Below, piece by piece: positions 37,205-46,568 of a stretch of DNA of 64,000 nucleotides. The DNA is from Candidatus Latescibacterota bacterium (lineage in GTDB: Bacteria; Latescibacterota; UBA2968; GCA-2709665), in contig OZ220733.1 in NCBI GenBank assembly GCA_965116875.1, positions 4,256,001 through 4,320,000 of the forward strand. Reading direction: 5' to 3'. The notes beneath the pieces were generated by a model. It had not been told where the DNA came from and did not search any database. It worked only from the letters and a program-made list of their open reading frames with translations. The position numbers and the translations under genes are program-made. How positions within the stretch are numbered: position 1 is the stretch's first letter; each line of letters opens with the position of its first letter.

Positions 37205-38461
37205 TCACTCCCCCTCGTATCCCGTTGACGCCCAGACCTCTCTGGCCAGCTTTTTCGCTTCGTCGGACGGTTCGACGTCGCCCAGGATGCTGGAAGGGGG
37301 CTGGCCTTCCTTCTTTCGGGCAGGGTCGGGCGACCAGTCGTCGTCTTCGTATTGCTTGCGCACGGTTTCGTCTCGGAAATCGGGCACATCCATGGTCGCC
37401 GAGTCGTTCAGCGCGGAACGCCAGGCCTGGATCCCGGCAATGCTCATGTCCAGGCCGCGGTAGACGTCGAGATACGGCTGTTTGCCCGCGCGGATCGCCT
37501 CGGCGAAGTGGTAGGTCGTGAAGAAGTCCCCGCCGCCGTGTCCCGTGCGGGTCGCCCGGTCATGATGGTGGGGGAAGTCGGGCTTGTAGACCGTTTCGAC
37601 CGGATCGCCCTTGCGCTTTTCCCATGGTTCGTACCAGACGCGCAGCCGCTGTCTGTCGCCGTGGCGGCAGTTTTCCATCACGCCTTTGTTTCCGTGAACA
37701 CGGACATAGTTGCCGTGACCGCGCAGCCCGCCGTGCAGGGACTTCATCACCGCGTCGTTGTCCATCCGGCAGATGATCACCGCTGCCGTGTCCGATCGCC
37801 TCATGTGCAGGGTCTGTGCCGGATCGGTGAAATCAAAGGGGATGACGAAGCCGTTCACCTTCGCAGGCCTCGTGTCGGTGATATACATCACCGGGGCGAT
37901 GGAGTGGGTGCAGTAGTACGTGGCGGGGACCCAGTTGCGCCAGTGGTTGCGTCCGCAGCTACGGGCCAGTTTAACCTCGGGCGGGTCCGGGTGGACGTAT
38001 TCGCCTTCGCCGTATTTGAACTCGCCCACGCGTCCTTTCTGATAGAGCCGCTTCATCTCCTGGTTGAAAACCATGTAGGGGTAATTTTCCGCGAACATGT
38101 AGGTCTTGCCGCTGTTTTCAACCGCCCGCGCCAGGGCCACGCCTTCGCCCAGCGTATGGCATGCAGCGGTCTCGCTCATCACGTGCTTGCCGGCGTCAAG
38201 GGCCTTTATGGCAAACGGCGCGTGCTCGTGGAAATAGTTCGCCAAGACGACCGCGTCGATGCCGCATCCAAGAAATTCGTCGTAATCAACGAAGGTCCGC
38301 ACATTCAGCGCCTCCCCTTTCGCGGCGAGTCGCTCTTCCCAGGTGTCGCAAATTGCGACGAGTTCCATTCCGGTTGCTCCGGCCGCTCTGGCAAAGGAGC
38401 GGCCCCGGCCGACACCGACCACGCCGACACGTATACGCTGTCTTCCGGTTTTTCCGGCCAT
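37205..38461 (-). CDS. Gfo/Idh/MocA oxidoreductase, GH109-related subtype
   Basis: VGVVGVGRG, HVMSETAA, AENY, GEGEYVH, YCTHS, GHGGGDF. Confidence 0.88.
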   Translation of the reverse strand: MAGKTGRQRIRVGVVGVGRGRSFARAAGATGMELVAICDTWEERLAAKGEALNVRTFVDYDEFLGCGIDAVVLANYFHEHAPFAIKALDAGKHVMSETAACHTLGEGVALARAVENSGKTYMFAENYPYMVFNQEMKRLYQKGRVGEFKYGEGEYVHPDPPEVKLARSCGRNHWRNWVPATYYCTHSIAPVMYITDTRPAKVNGFVIPFDFTDPAQTLHMRRSDTAAVIICRMDNDAVMKSLHGGLRGHGNYVRVHGNKGVMENCRHGDRQRLRVWYEPWEKRKGDPVETVYKPDFPHHHDRATRTGHGGGDFFTTYHFAEAIRAGKQPYLDVYRGLDMSIAGIQAWRSALNDSATMDVPDFRDETVRKQYEDDDWSPDPARKKEGQPPSSILGDVEPSDEAKKLAREVWASTGYEGE

Positions 38462-38837
38462 GGTGCACTCCCTCGACGTTGCAGTGTAGTGGGTGAATAC
38501 GAAAACTCCGAATCCGACATCCGGTCTTCGAAAAGATAATCCTGATTTCCGAACTTCATATTGAATTTTCGACCGTGCCGCACCTGTCGAAAATTCACGT
38601 TTCTTGTCAACCTTGATTCGCAATTCTTCGTAAACGCTGATTACGACCTCAATACCCCATTTTGCACCGGTACTTTCTGTGCCTCTTTTCCTTTTTGTGG
38701 TAAATTTGACTGTAGTTTTTTTCAAATTGAGGTTAATATAGTCAGTAGCGGGCGCTCCGAACCGATTCGTATCTCTTGAGGACCGGTATCCTGCGTCAGA
38801 TCGAATGACTCCCAGCCCCGCCGGAGAACAATTCGAT

Positions 38838-39656
38838 ATGGAAACCGAAGCGATAGAAAGAAAAGGACTGACGCGGGCGGAACGTTATTTCTTCGACGTC
38901 AACGGCTACGTCCTGCTCGAGCGTATTTTCAGTCCGGCGGAATGCGCGCGCCTGATCGATCTCGCGGACCAGATGGACGCTGACGACGGCTGCGCGTACA
39001 AGCACGACGGGTATCCGAAGACCCCGGCGCTCACGATACTCTCACGTTGCGCGTGGTATCATCCGCAACTGCTGGAAACCGCAATGCATCCGGTCCTGTT
39101 TCCAATCATGCAGGACGCGGTAGGGGGAGACGTGCGCCTGGAGGAGCATCAGTATCTTATCAACTATCCCATTGGGCCGGAAAAGGATACCGAATGCCAT
39201 GAATGCCGTGTGGCGGATGAGGGATGGCACAGGGGCATCGCGCCGAACGTTGGCAGCTTCGAAGCGAACGGGCACTATCACTGTATGTTCACCAAAGCCT
39301 TCATCTACCTGACCGATAACGGTCCGGGGGAGGGCACGTGGGTGGTGCCGGGGAGCCACCGGATGGACATGCCCACGGGAACGCTGCGCGAATTCATGGA
39401 CGGTACCGTGGCGCGGCAGCTCGAATCCCGTTCCGGTGACGTGCTCGTCCTGAGCGAAACGCTGATACACGCCGGTCCCAGATTGAAAGCCGGCGCGCGG
39501 CCGCGCTATTCGCTGGTCTACGGATACACGGCGCCGTTCATGCAGACGTGGAATCGTTACGACCCGCCGGCCGATCTGCTGGAACGGGTTACGCCCGAAC
39601 AACGCTGCCTGCTGACCGGTGAACTCCGATACGCATTCCGCCGCGGACAGTTCTGA
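38838..39656 (+). CDS. Phytanoyl-CoA dioxygenase (PhyH)-like Fe(II)/2OG enzyme with HxG motif
   Basis: FDVNGYVLL, WHRG, IYLTD, VVPGSH, GDVLVL, LIHAG, RYS. Confidence 0.85.
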   Translation: METEAIERKGLTRAERYFFDVNGYVLLERIFSPAECARLIDLADQMDADDGCAYKHDGYPKTPALTILSRCAWYHPQLLETAMHPVLFPIMQDAVGGDVRLEEHQYLINYPIGPEKDTECHECRVADEGWHRGIAPNVGSFEANGHYHCMFTKAFIYLTDNGPGEGTWVVPGSHRMDMPTGTLREFMDGTVARQLESRSGDVLVLSETLIHAGPRLKAGARPRYSLVYGYTAPFMQTWNRYDPPADLLERVTPEQRCLLTGELRYAFRRGQF

Positions 39657-39717
39657 GAATCCGCGGGGAATCCTGCATGCCCGCGGTGCGGCAGCCGGCG
39701 CACGGGAGGAGTCGGAT

Positions 39718-40863
39718 ATGGCGCAGGAAGAAAGGATGACGTTCCAGTCAGAGTACGTTCGCTGGCTCGTCGTCATCCTGTGTATTTACGTATTGCTGGT
39801 CGCCGTCGGCGTGATTGGCAAGGGCTTTCGACTGGAGTTCGGCAGGGAGGGCGTCACATCCCTGTTCGCACTTGGGACGAACCCGTTCGTCGGACTGGTG
39901 CTGGGTATACTGGCAACGGCGTTGCTCCAGTCTTCCAGCACGGTAACCTCCATCATCGTCGGTCTTGTAGCCGGAGGAATGCCCATCGCCGTCGCGATAC
40001 CGATGATCATGGGCGCCAACGTCGGGACGACGATCACCAATACGATCGTCAGCTTCGGGCACGTGGGCAAGTCGGACGAATTCAGGAAAGCATTTGCGGC
40101 CGCCACGGTGCACGATTTCTTCAACGTTCTGAGCATTGTGATTTTCCTGCCGCTGGAACTCACGTTCGGCTTTCTCCATAAACTGAGTGGTGAGTTGACC
40201 CATATCGTCGAGAACATCGGGACCGTCGACGCGGGCGGGAAGGGTATCTTCAAGGTCGTCATCGGTTTCGGGACCGGGCTTGTCGAGTCAATGGTCTCCT
40301 GGCTGCCTGACGTCTGGGCCGGGCTTGTTCTGATTATCGTGGGAATCGCGCTTATTCTGGTCTCGATCATGTACCTGGGGAAGGCCCTGAAGAGCGTGTT
40401 CGTGGGCAAGGCGCAGAGGTTCCTGCACGCGGCCGTCGGCAAGGGTCCGATTACCGGTATCTGCTCGGGGACGCTGGTTACCGTGCTGGTGCAGTCGTCC
40501 TCAACCACCACAAGCCTTATCGTGCCGTTGGCCGGGTCGGGTTTGATCCGGCTTCGCCACGTGTACCCGTTCACGCTCGGCGCAAACATCGGGACGACCA
40601 TTACCGCGCTTCTCGCCGCAACCGCGATCGCGGGCCCCACCCACGCCGTTGCCCACCAGATCGCGATCGCGCACTTTCTCTACAATCTGGTGGGGGTTAT
40701 CGTGATCTACGGCATCCCCTGGCTGCGGGACGTTCCAATTATGGGCGCCGAATGGCTGGCGCGCCTCGGCAGCGATCGGAAGTGGTTGGCCATCATATAT
40801 ATCGTCTTTGCGTTCTTCGGAATTCCGGCGGCGCTCGTGTTTGCGAACGCGTGGCTGTCCTGA
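39718..40863 (+). CDS. Na+/Pi cotransporter (NptA-type)
   Basis: Two QSSS repeats, GANVGTTITN and GANIGTT, ATVHDFFN. Confidence 0.92.
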   Translation: MAQEERMTFQSEYVRWLVVILCIYVLLVAVGVIGKGFRLEFGREGVTSLFALGTNPFVGLVLGILATALLQSSSTVTSIIVGLVAGGMPIAVAIPMIMGANVGTTITNTIVSFGHVGKSDEFRKAFAAATVHDFFNVLSIVIFLPLELTFGFLHKLSGELTHIVENIGTVDAGGKGIFKVVIGFGTGLVESMVSWLPDVWAGLVLIIVGIALILVSIMYLGKALKSVFVGKAQRFLHAAVGKGPITGICSGTLVTVLVQSSSTTTSLIVPLAGSGLIRLRHVYPFTLGANIGTTITALLAATAIAGPTHAVAHQIAIAHFLYNLVGVIVIYGIPWLRDVPIMGAEWLARLGSDRKWLAIIYIVFAFFGIPAALVFANAWLS

Positions 40864-40913
40864 GCACCTGAAGCAACGTCCCGGCAATCGCTTTCAATGC
40901 AGGAGTATGCCCC

Positions 40914-41942
40914 ATGTCTTTTGGCGTCGCAGTACTCGGAACCGGCCGCATCGGCGGCAGTTACATCGACGTCGTCAAGAAGACGCCCGGCGCAGCCATA
41001 AAGGTAGTCGCCGAGCCCGGCGAGGATGCCTCCGCGCGCTGGCGGAGCCGCCATCCCGATGTTGACTTTGTGGCGGACTACCGGGAGGCCCTGGAGCGCG
41101 ACGACGTGGACGTTGTCATCGGGACCCTTCCGCACTGGCTCCACTACCAGGCCGCGCTGGATGCCGCGGCCGCGGGGAAGCACATCTTCATGGAGAAACC
41201 GCTCGCGGCATGGGCGTGGCAGGCGGAGGAGATGCTGGCCGCGGCCGGGGACAACGGCGTCAAGCTCATGACGGCGCACACGCAACGGTACTTCCCGGCG
41301 GTGAAGGCGATGAAGGACGTGGTGGACCGGGGCGACCTGGGGTGGGTGATCATGGTCTACGATATGTGGCACAAGCCCTACGTCCCTTACAACCGGCCGG
41401 AGTGGATGCTGGACCGCGAACGGGGCGGAGGCATGGGCCAGATGGACGGCACCCACCAGATCGACCGGCTGCTGTGGATTCTCGGGAATGACGTTGCGAC
41501 CGTCTCGGCGCGGCAGGGACAGTTCACGTACCCGAAATCCGAACATCCCGCCATCGATTGCGACGACACGGGCATGTTTTTTATCCGATGGAAGAGCGGG
41601 ATCGTCGCCACGGTCAGCCGCATCGCGTGGGAGCGCGGCGCCACCGAATACGGGGGCGATTGGTTCTTCACACGCGGTATGGCGCGATTCCGGCTGCCGT
41701 ATGGCGGCGGCGATCCGCCCGGGCTGTTCGTCGCCGATTCTGCCGACGGGACCTGGCGGCGCGAATCCGTGCCCGCACGCGACAGCCTGGTGGACGAATT
41801 CACGGATTTTATCGATTCCCTCGAACGGGGCGACGACGATACGCCGATACCGCAGGTTCACGGCCTGAACGTGCTGAAGGTGCTCGAAGCGACCGAAGCA
41901 TCCGCGCGCGTTGGCAGGGAAGTCGAGTTGCGTCTCGAATGA
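40914..41942 (+). CDS. Gfo/Idh/MocA oxidoreductase
   Basis: LGTGRIG, HIFMEKPLA, GGGM..DGTHQID. Confidence 0.9.
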   Translation: MSFGVAVLGTGRIGGSYIDVVKKTPGAAIKVVAEPGEDASARWRSRHPDVDFVADYREALERDDVDVVIGTLPHWLHYQAALDAAAAGKHIFMEKPLAAWAWQAEEMLAAAGDNGVKLMTAHTQRYFPAVKAMKDVVDRGDLGWVIMVYDMWHKPYVPYNRPEWMLDRERGGGMGQMDGTHQIDRLLWILGNDVATVSARQGQFTYPKSEHPAIDCDDTGMFFIRWKSGIVATVSRIAWERGATEYGGDWFFTRGMARFRLPYGGGDPPGLFVADSADGTWRRESVPARDSLVDEFTDFIDSLERGDDDTPIPQVHGLNVLKVLEATEASARVGREVELRLE

Positions 41943-41957
41943 AAACCGGAGGACAGG

Positions 41958-42692
41958 ATGGACGACATGCGGACGTTTTTCCAGGAAAACGGCTATTACC
42001 TGGCCAAAGGCGTGTTTTCGCCGGACGAATTGGACGTGCTTGAAGAGGAGTTCGATCGCATTGTCCGGCAGCTCGGCAAAGAGGCCGAGGGCGCGGCGAA
42101 CGATAACGGTGTCATCGGCACCCGCAATGTGCAGCAGTATTCGGGCTTGTGGATGGCGGCCCTGCTCCACGAAAAGTTCCTCGACACGGTCGAACAGTTC
42201 ATCGGTCCCGACATCGTCCTCAACCATTCCACGCTCTTCGAGAAACGGATGACAGCCGGTAAAACGCCGTTCCATATGCACCAGGACTGGAGCTATCTGC
42301 CTACCCGAATGAACACCATGATCGCGGGAATGATCCATATCAGCGAAGCCACGGAAGAGATGGGCTGCCTCAGAGTCTATCCCGGTTCGCACAGCCACGG
42401 CAGAGTGGAGGACTCTACCGCCACGAATGCCTCGTTCCACGAGCGGTTTCCGTTTGAAGGTTCCACGGCGATCGAAGCCGAGCCGGGCGACGTCACGTTC
42501 TTCGACTACTTTATCGTGCATGGGTCGCCGTCCAATCGTTCTGAAACACCGAGGAAGGTGGTGATCGCGCGGTTGTTCTCCGGCAGGGACCGGAAGGAGG
42601 ACATCCACCAGTTCAGCGAAAACCTGGTGTTGCGCGGGTGGAATTACCACACGACGGCCGCAACGGCCAGAAAAACCGTCGTCAAGGCCTGA
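41958..42692 (+). CDS. PhyH family dioxygenase
   Basis: FQENGY, HQD, GCLRVYPGSH, GDVTFF, VHGS, R. Confidence 0.9.
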   Translation: MDDMRTFFQENGYYLAKGVFSPDELDVLEEEFDRIVRQLGKEAEGAANDNGVIGTRNVQQYSGLWMAALLHEKFLDTVEQFIGPDIVLNHSTLFEKRMTAGKTPFHMHQDWSYLPTRMNTMIAGMIHISEATEEMGCLRVYPGSHSHGRVEDSTATNASFHERFPFEGSTAIEAEPGDVTFFDYFIVHGSPSNRSETPRKVVIARLFSGRDRKEDIHQFSENLVLRGWNYHTTAATARKTVVKA

Positions 42693-42804
42693 AACGCACG
42701 GCGTCGTGGATAGCCTGCCTGCGCAGCGGTCTGCACTGCAGGCAGGCCCCACCCTCACACCCGTTTCCTGAGCTGCACAGTATACACCTGCAAGGAGGTG
42801 TGAA

Positions 42805-44346
42805 ATGAAGACCGTTATCCTCACATTCGTCGCGCTGCTCCTGCCCGGAACGACTATGGCGAAGGCGACGTTGACGTTGGACGGTGCTTCCACCGACAGT
42901 ACGATCACCATCAATTACGTCGTTCCGGAGTCATCGCACGTCCAGGTAATGGTAGCTTCGATGGGCGTATTTTCTGCACCACAATTCGGTTTCCAACCGC
43001 CCGGGAACTATACAGTTTTACTGGACAAATCCGGATTCCCAACGGGAAGTTATGCCGTCAGATTGATACTGGATCGAGATCGAAAAAAGGTAACCCGGCG
43101 CATCTTCCTTCACAGCGCTTCCGGAAGGCCTGTTACCCGGACCCGAGAAGAAACGGATCTGTACAATCAATCCTTTGTTACGACGTACTTCGATCTAACA
43201 CAAGCCCTCGAACTATGGAATGAGCTCCTCAACAGGTATCCCGATTACGTGGATAGGGGCGAGGCGTTTCTGTATTCAATCGTCGCCAGAATGGCGGTAA
43301 GTGACAGTGTCGACGTCCACGCTGCTGCGGACAGTGCGGCAATGATAGTCCCTCATTCGGGAACATATTACTGGATTGGACGCATGCTGAGCGGACTTGA
43401 GAATCCGGCGGGTTCAGATACGAAATATCCGCAGACTGCGTTGTCGTTTGCAGAGAGAGCCGTGGAACACATTGGGGACGTTCCTGCACCCTACCGGAAT
43501 GATGAGCTCTATGAGTGTCAGTATCTCCGGGGCCACTGCTTGCAACTATTGGGTCGTTACGAGCAGGCATCGGAGGCATACAACGAAGCCATTCGGACTC
43601 TTGACTCGCTAGAGCGTACCGGGGCTCTTTCGGACCTATCGAGAGGCGTACCGGTGTACAGCGGTCTTGCCTCGCTTTACGAAGCGCGAGGCAGGCACAG
43701 GGAGGCGATCGAATCTTACGAAACAGCCATTAGGAGGAAACCCGGGGATCCCAAACTCTGGATGGGTTTGCAGCGCAATTTCAACCTCTTCCACGGGTCA
43801 GACGAGGGCTATGCGGAATACAGCCGGAAACTGGAGGCTGAGATACGTGGCGGCGCGCCGGAAAAACAGGACGACCTTGTTGGCAAGCCGCTTCCCGGAT
43901 TCACGCTGACGCGATTGAGCGGGGACACGTTGACCCTGGAACAGATCAAGGGAAATGTGAGCGTTCTGAACTTCTGGGCGTTCTGGTGCGGGCCCTGCAT
44001 GGCGGAGTTGCCCGTTATCGCCCGACTGGCGAGAGAAACTTCCGGTAGCGGAGTCAAGGTGATCGCCGTTCACACCCCTCTTGAATCGGTTCCAGGCATC
44101 TCAAAAGACCAGGTCCCAAAGCTGGTTCGGAATACCTCCGGCAAGTACGAGGGCACATTCGAAACCGTCTGGGACCGCAAGGAGCAGAGTCTCTATGTGC
44201 AGACCGGGACAAAATCTCTGCCCGTAACGCTGGTTGCGGACAAGGAGGGCATTGTCCGGTACAGGTTGGTCGGCTTCGATCCGGAAAACGCCTACAGAAA
44301 GCTGAAGGCCGTCGTGGATCGCCTGGTGGCGCAGTCGGGGCATTGA
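42805..44346 (+). CDS. Exported TPR plus TlpA-like redoxin protein
   Basis: Signal peptide, Ig-like N-terminus, TPR-like helices, VLNFWAFWCGPC, SLPVT; AAGGAGG SD. Confidence 0.85.
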   Translation: MKTVILTFVALLLPGTTMAKATLTLDGASTDSTITINYVVPESSHVQVMVASMGVFSAPQFGFQPPGNYTVLLDKSGFPTGSYAVRLILDRDRKKVTRRIFLHSASGRPVTRTREETDLYNQSFVTTYFDLTQALELWNELLNRYPDYVDRGEAFLYSIVARMAVSDSVDVHAAADSAAMIVPHSGTYYWIGRMLSGLENPAGSDTKYPQTALSFAERAVEHIGDVPAPYRNDELYECQYLRGHCLQLLGRYEQASEAYNEAIRTLDSLERTGALSDLSRGVPVYSGLASLYEARGRHREAIESYETAIRRKPGDPKLWMGLQRNFNLFHGSDEGYAEYSRKLEAEIRGGAPEKQDDLVGKPLPGFTLTRLSGDTLTLEQIKGNVSVLNFWAFWCGPCMAELPVIARLARETSGSGVKVIAVHTPLESVPGISKDQVPKLVRNTSGKYEGTFETVWDRKEQSLYVQTGTKSLPVTLVADKEGIVRYRLVGFDPENAYRKLKAVVDRLVAQSGH

Positions 44347-44362
44347 GAACACGACTGTGAGG

Positions 44363-44583
44363 GTGGGGCGAACATTCCTGTCTGCCCGTTTTTGTTGTCA
44401 TCCTGCCGAAACGGAGACAGAAGAATAGCCTGTGCGAACGGCCGGTCGCCCCTGCGGGTGGTTGCGCATTACGGTCGTTGTGGGTTTTGCGTGATGGTGC
44501 GGACGACGGGAAACGGGCAGGTATTCCTGTGGTCCGTTATCTGCCGAAAAGGGCGCGAAGGGGCAGGAATCAAACCTGCCCCT
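44363..44583. repeat. REP-like palindromes
   Basis: AGGGGCAGG-AATCAAA-CCTGCCCCT near 44559-44583 and GGGGCGAACATTCCTGTCTGCCC near 44365. Confidence 0.45.
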
Positions 44584-44758
44584 TCTGTCTTGATATCGCG
44601 TTTGGCACTGACGTAACGCGTTGGAGGGGAACCGATTTTCCCGGGAAGCGTTAAAATTCATATGGACTGATCTGTAGACTGTTGTGTCGCCATTCGCGCA
44701 ATGCGTCCGTAACCCGTTTGTAGCGGGTCAATTTCACGGCGTTATGTGCCCGCACGTT

Positions 44759-44785
44759 CCAACTGTCGCATTTTGCGACAGTTGG
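44759..44785. promoter_or_regulatory. Perfect 12-bp inverted repeat (operator-like)
   Basis: CCAACTGTCGCA-TTT-TGCGACAGTTGG, 35 nt before the TldD start. Confidence 0.55.
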
Positions 44786-44820
44786 CGTGATTCCGATCGC
44801 CGTTACAGAAAGGCGCGTCA

Positions 44821-46539
44821 ATGAGAACGATTCCGAGGACGATATGCCTATGGCTTTTCTCTACCGCATTTACAGCGGCCGGAGTCGGGGCGGAGACCGC
44901 CTCCCCGCTGCTGCAGGCCATGCGAGAGGAATTGAACCGCTCCGTTGACCTGCTCAAACGGCAGCCGGTCCCGCCCTATTTTCTGAGTTATGAGATCACG
45001 GAAACGCACGAGGTTCGCGTCGAAGCGTCCTTCGGGGCACTGACCCGCGATCGGGAAACGCGCCGTCGTCTGCTGGACATCGATCTGCGTGTGGGTGATT
45101 ACGCCTTCGACAATACGCACCCTGTCAGGGGCCGCATACCCAGTTGGAGCCGTCGGTTTTCAAGGATAGATATCCCGATTGAGAATGATCCCGACGCGAT
45201 TCGCAGCGTCCTTTGGTACCACACCGATAGAAAGTACAAGCGCGCTATCGAGCAGTTGACAACCGTCAAGACGAATGTTCAGGTCAAAGTGGAAGAAGAA
45301 GACCAGTCTGCGGATTTCTCGCGAGAGCCCGCTGAACGGTATATGGAGGAACACGCATCCTTCGATATCTCTCGTGACGAGTGGGTGGCCAGACTCAAGA
45401 AATACACAGCGCCCTTCGCCGGGCACGGTAACATCTACCAGGCTGATGCCAGCCTCACGGCGAATATCTCGACTCGTCAGTACGTCAACAGCGAGGGCAG
45501 CGAGGTCCAGACCTCCCAGGTGCTCTACCGACTCTTTATCTATGCCTTTACAAAGGCTGACGACGGCATGGTGTTGCCGCGTTACGAGTCTTTTTCCGCA
45601 TTCGCTGAGGAGGGCTTACCGGGCGATGACGAGATTCTTGAAATCGTCGAGCGCATGATCGCCGATCTTCAAGCCCTCCGAGACGCCCCGGTCGTAGCAC
45701 CTTATACGGGCCCGGCCATCCTTTCAGGACGCGCAAGCGGCGTCCTGTTCCACGAAATTTTCGGTCATCGCATCGAGGGCCATCGCCAGAAGCGAGAGGA
45801 AGAGGGTCAGACCTTTAAAAAGAAAATAGGCGAGAGGGTACTGCCCGAGACGTTTTCGGTGTATTTCGACCCCGCCACGCGCAACATGGCCGGAAAGGAC
45901 CTGGTTGGCGCCTACGCGTACGACAATCAGGGTGTCAAGGCGCGGCGCGTGGCCGTTGTGGAAAACGGGATCTTCCGCCGCTTCCTCATGTCCCGTTCGC
46001 CGATCGAGGGCTTCCCGAACTCCAACGGACACGGTCGAAAACAGCCGGGCTACAGCCCGGTCGCAAGGCAGTCCAACCTCATTGTGGAGACATCCGAGCC
46101 GCTCAGCCGTGCCAGGCTCAAGGAATTGCTCATCGAGCAATGCCGCAAGGACGGCAAGGACTTCGGCCTTTACTTCGAGGATATTCAGGGGGGATTCACC
46201 ATAACCGGACGCTTTATCCCGAACGCATTTAACGTGCTCCCCATCATGGTCTACCGAATCTACACCGACGGACGAGAAGAACTGGTACGAGGGGTCGATC
46301 TCATTGGAACACCGCTAACCGCCTTCAGCCGGATCGCCGCTGCCGACGATCACATCGATGTTTTCAACGGCAGGTGCGGCGCCGAGTCGGGGCTCGTGCC
46401 CGTGGCCGCGGTTTCCCCGGGCATCTTCATCACACAGATCGAGGTGCAGAAGAAACCGAAGTCCCAGGAGCGGCGCCCAATCCTCGAAGCGCCGCCTTCC
46501 GATACGCCTGACGAAGGCGAAACTGGAGGGTTGCTCTGA
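44821..46539 (+). CDS. TldD-family metallopeptidase with signal peptide
   Basis: HEIFGHRIEG zinc motif, YDNQG, SNGHGR, RQSNL, CGAESG; hydrophobic N-terminus ending GVGA. Confidence 0.88.
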   Translation: MRTIPRTICLWLFSTAFTAAGVGAETASPLLQAMREELNRSVDLLKRQPVPPYFLSYEITETHEVRVEASFGALTRDRETRRRLLDIDLRVGDYAFDNTHPVRGRIPSWSRRFSRIDIPIENDPDAIRSVLWYHTDRKYKRAIEQLTTVKTNVQVKVEEEDQSADFSREPAERYMEEHASFDISRDEWVARLKKYTAPFAGHGNIYQADASLTANISTRQYVNSEGSEVQTSQVLYRLFIYAFTKADDGMVLPRYESFSAFAEEGLPGDDEILEIVERMIADLQALRDAPVVAPYTGPAILSGRASGVLFHEIFGHRIEGHRQKREEEGQTFKKKIGERVLPETFSVYFDPATRNMAGKDLVGAYAYDNQGVKARRVAVVENGIFRRFLMSRSPIEGFPNSNGHGRKQPGYSPVARQSNLIVETSEPLSRARLKELLIEQCRKDGKDFGLYFEDIQGGFTITGRFIPNAFNVLPIMVYRIYTDGREELVRGVDLIGTPLTAFSRIAAADDHIDVFNGRCGAESGLVPVAAVSPGIFITQIEVQKKPKSQERRPILEAPPSDTPDEGETGGLL

Positions 46540-46568
46540 TTCCCATTTCATGCCCCAGGAGCCATCAC

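Noticed and set aside
38462-38725. 88-aa N-terminal extension of the Gfo/Idh/MocA ORF
   Set aside because: AT-rich divergent promoter region; the SD-preceded ATG at 38461 fits the family start.
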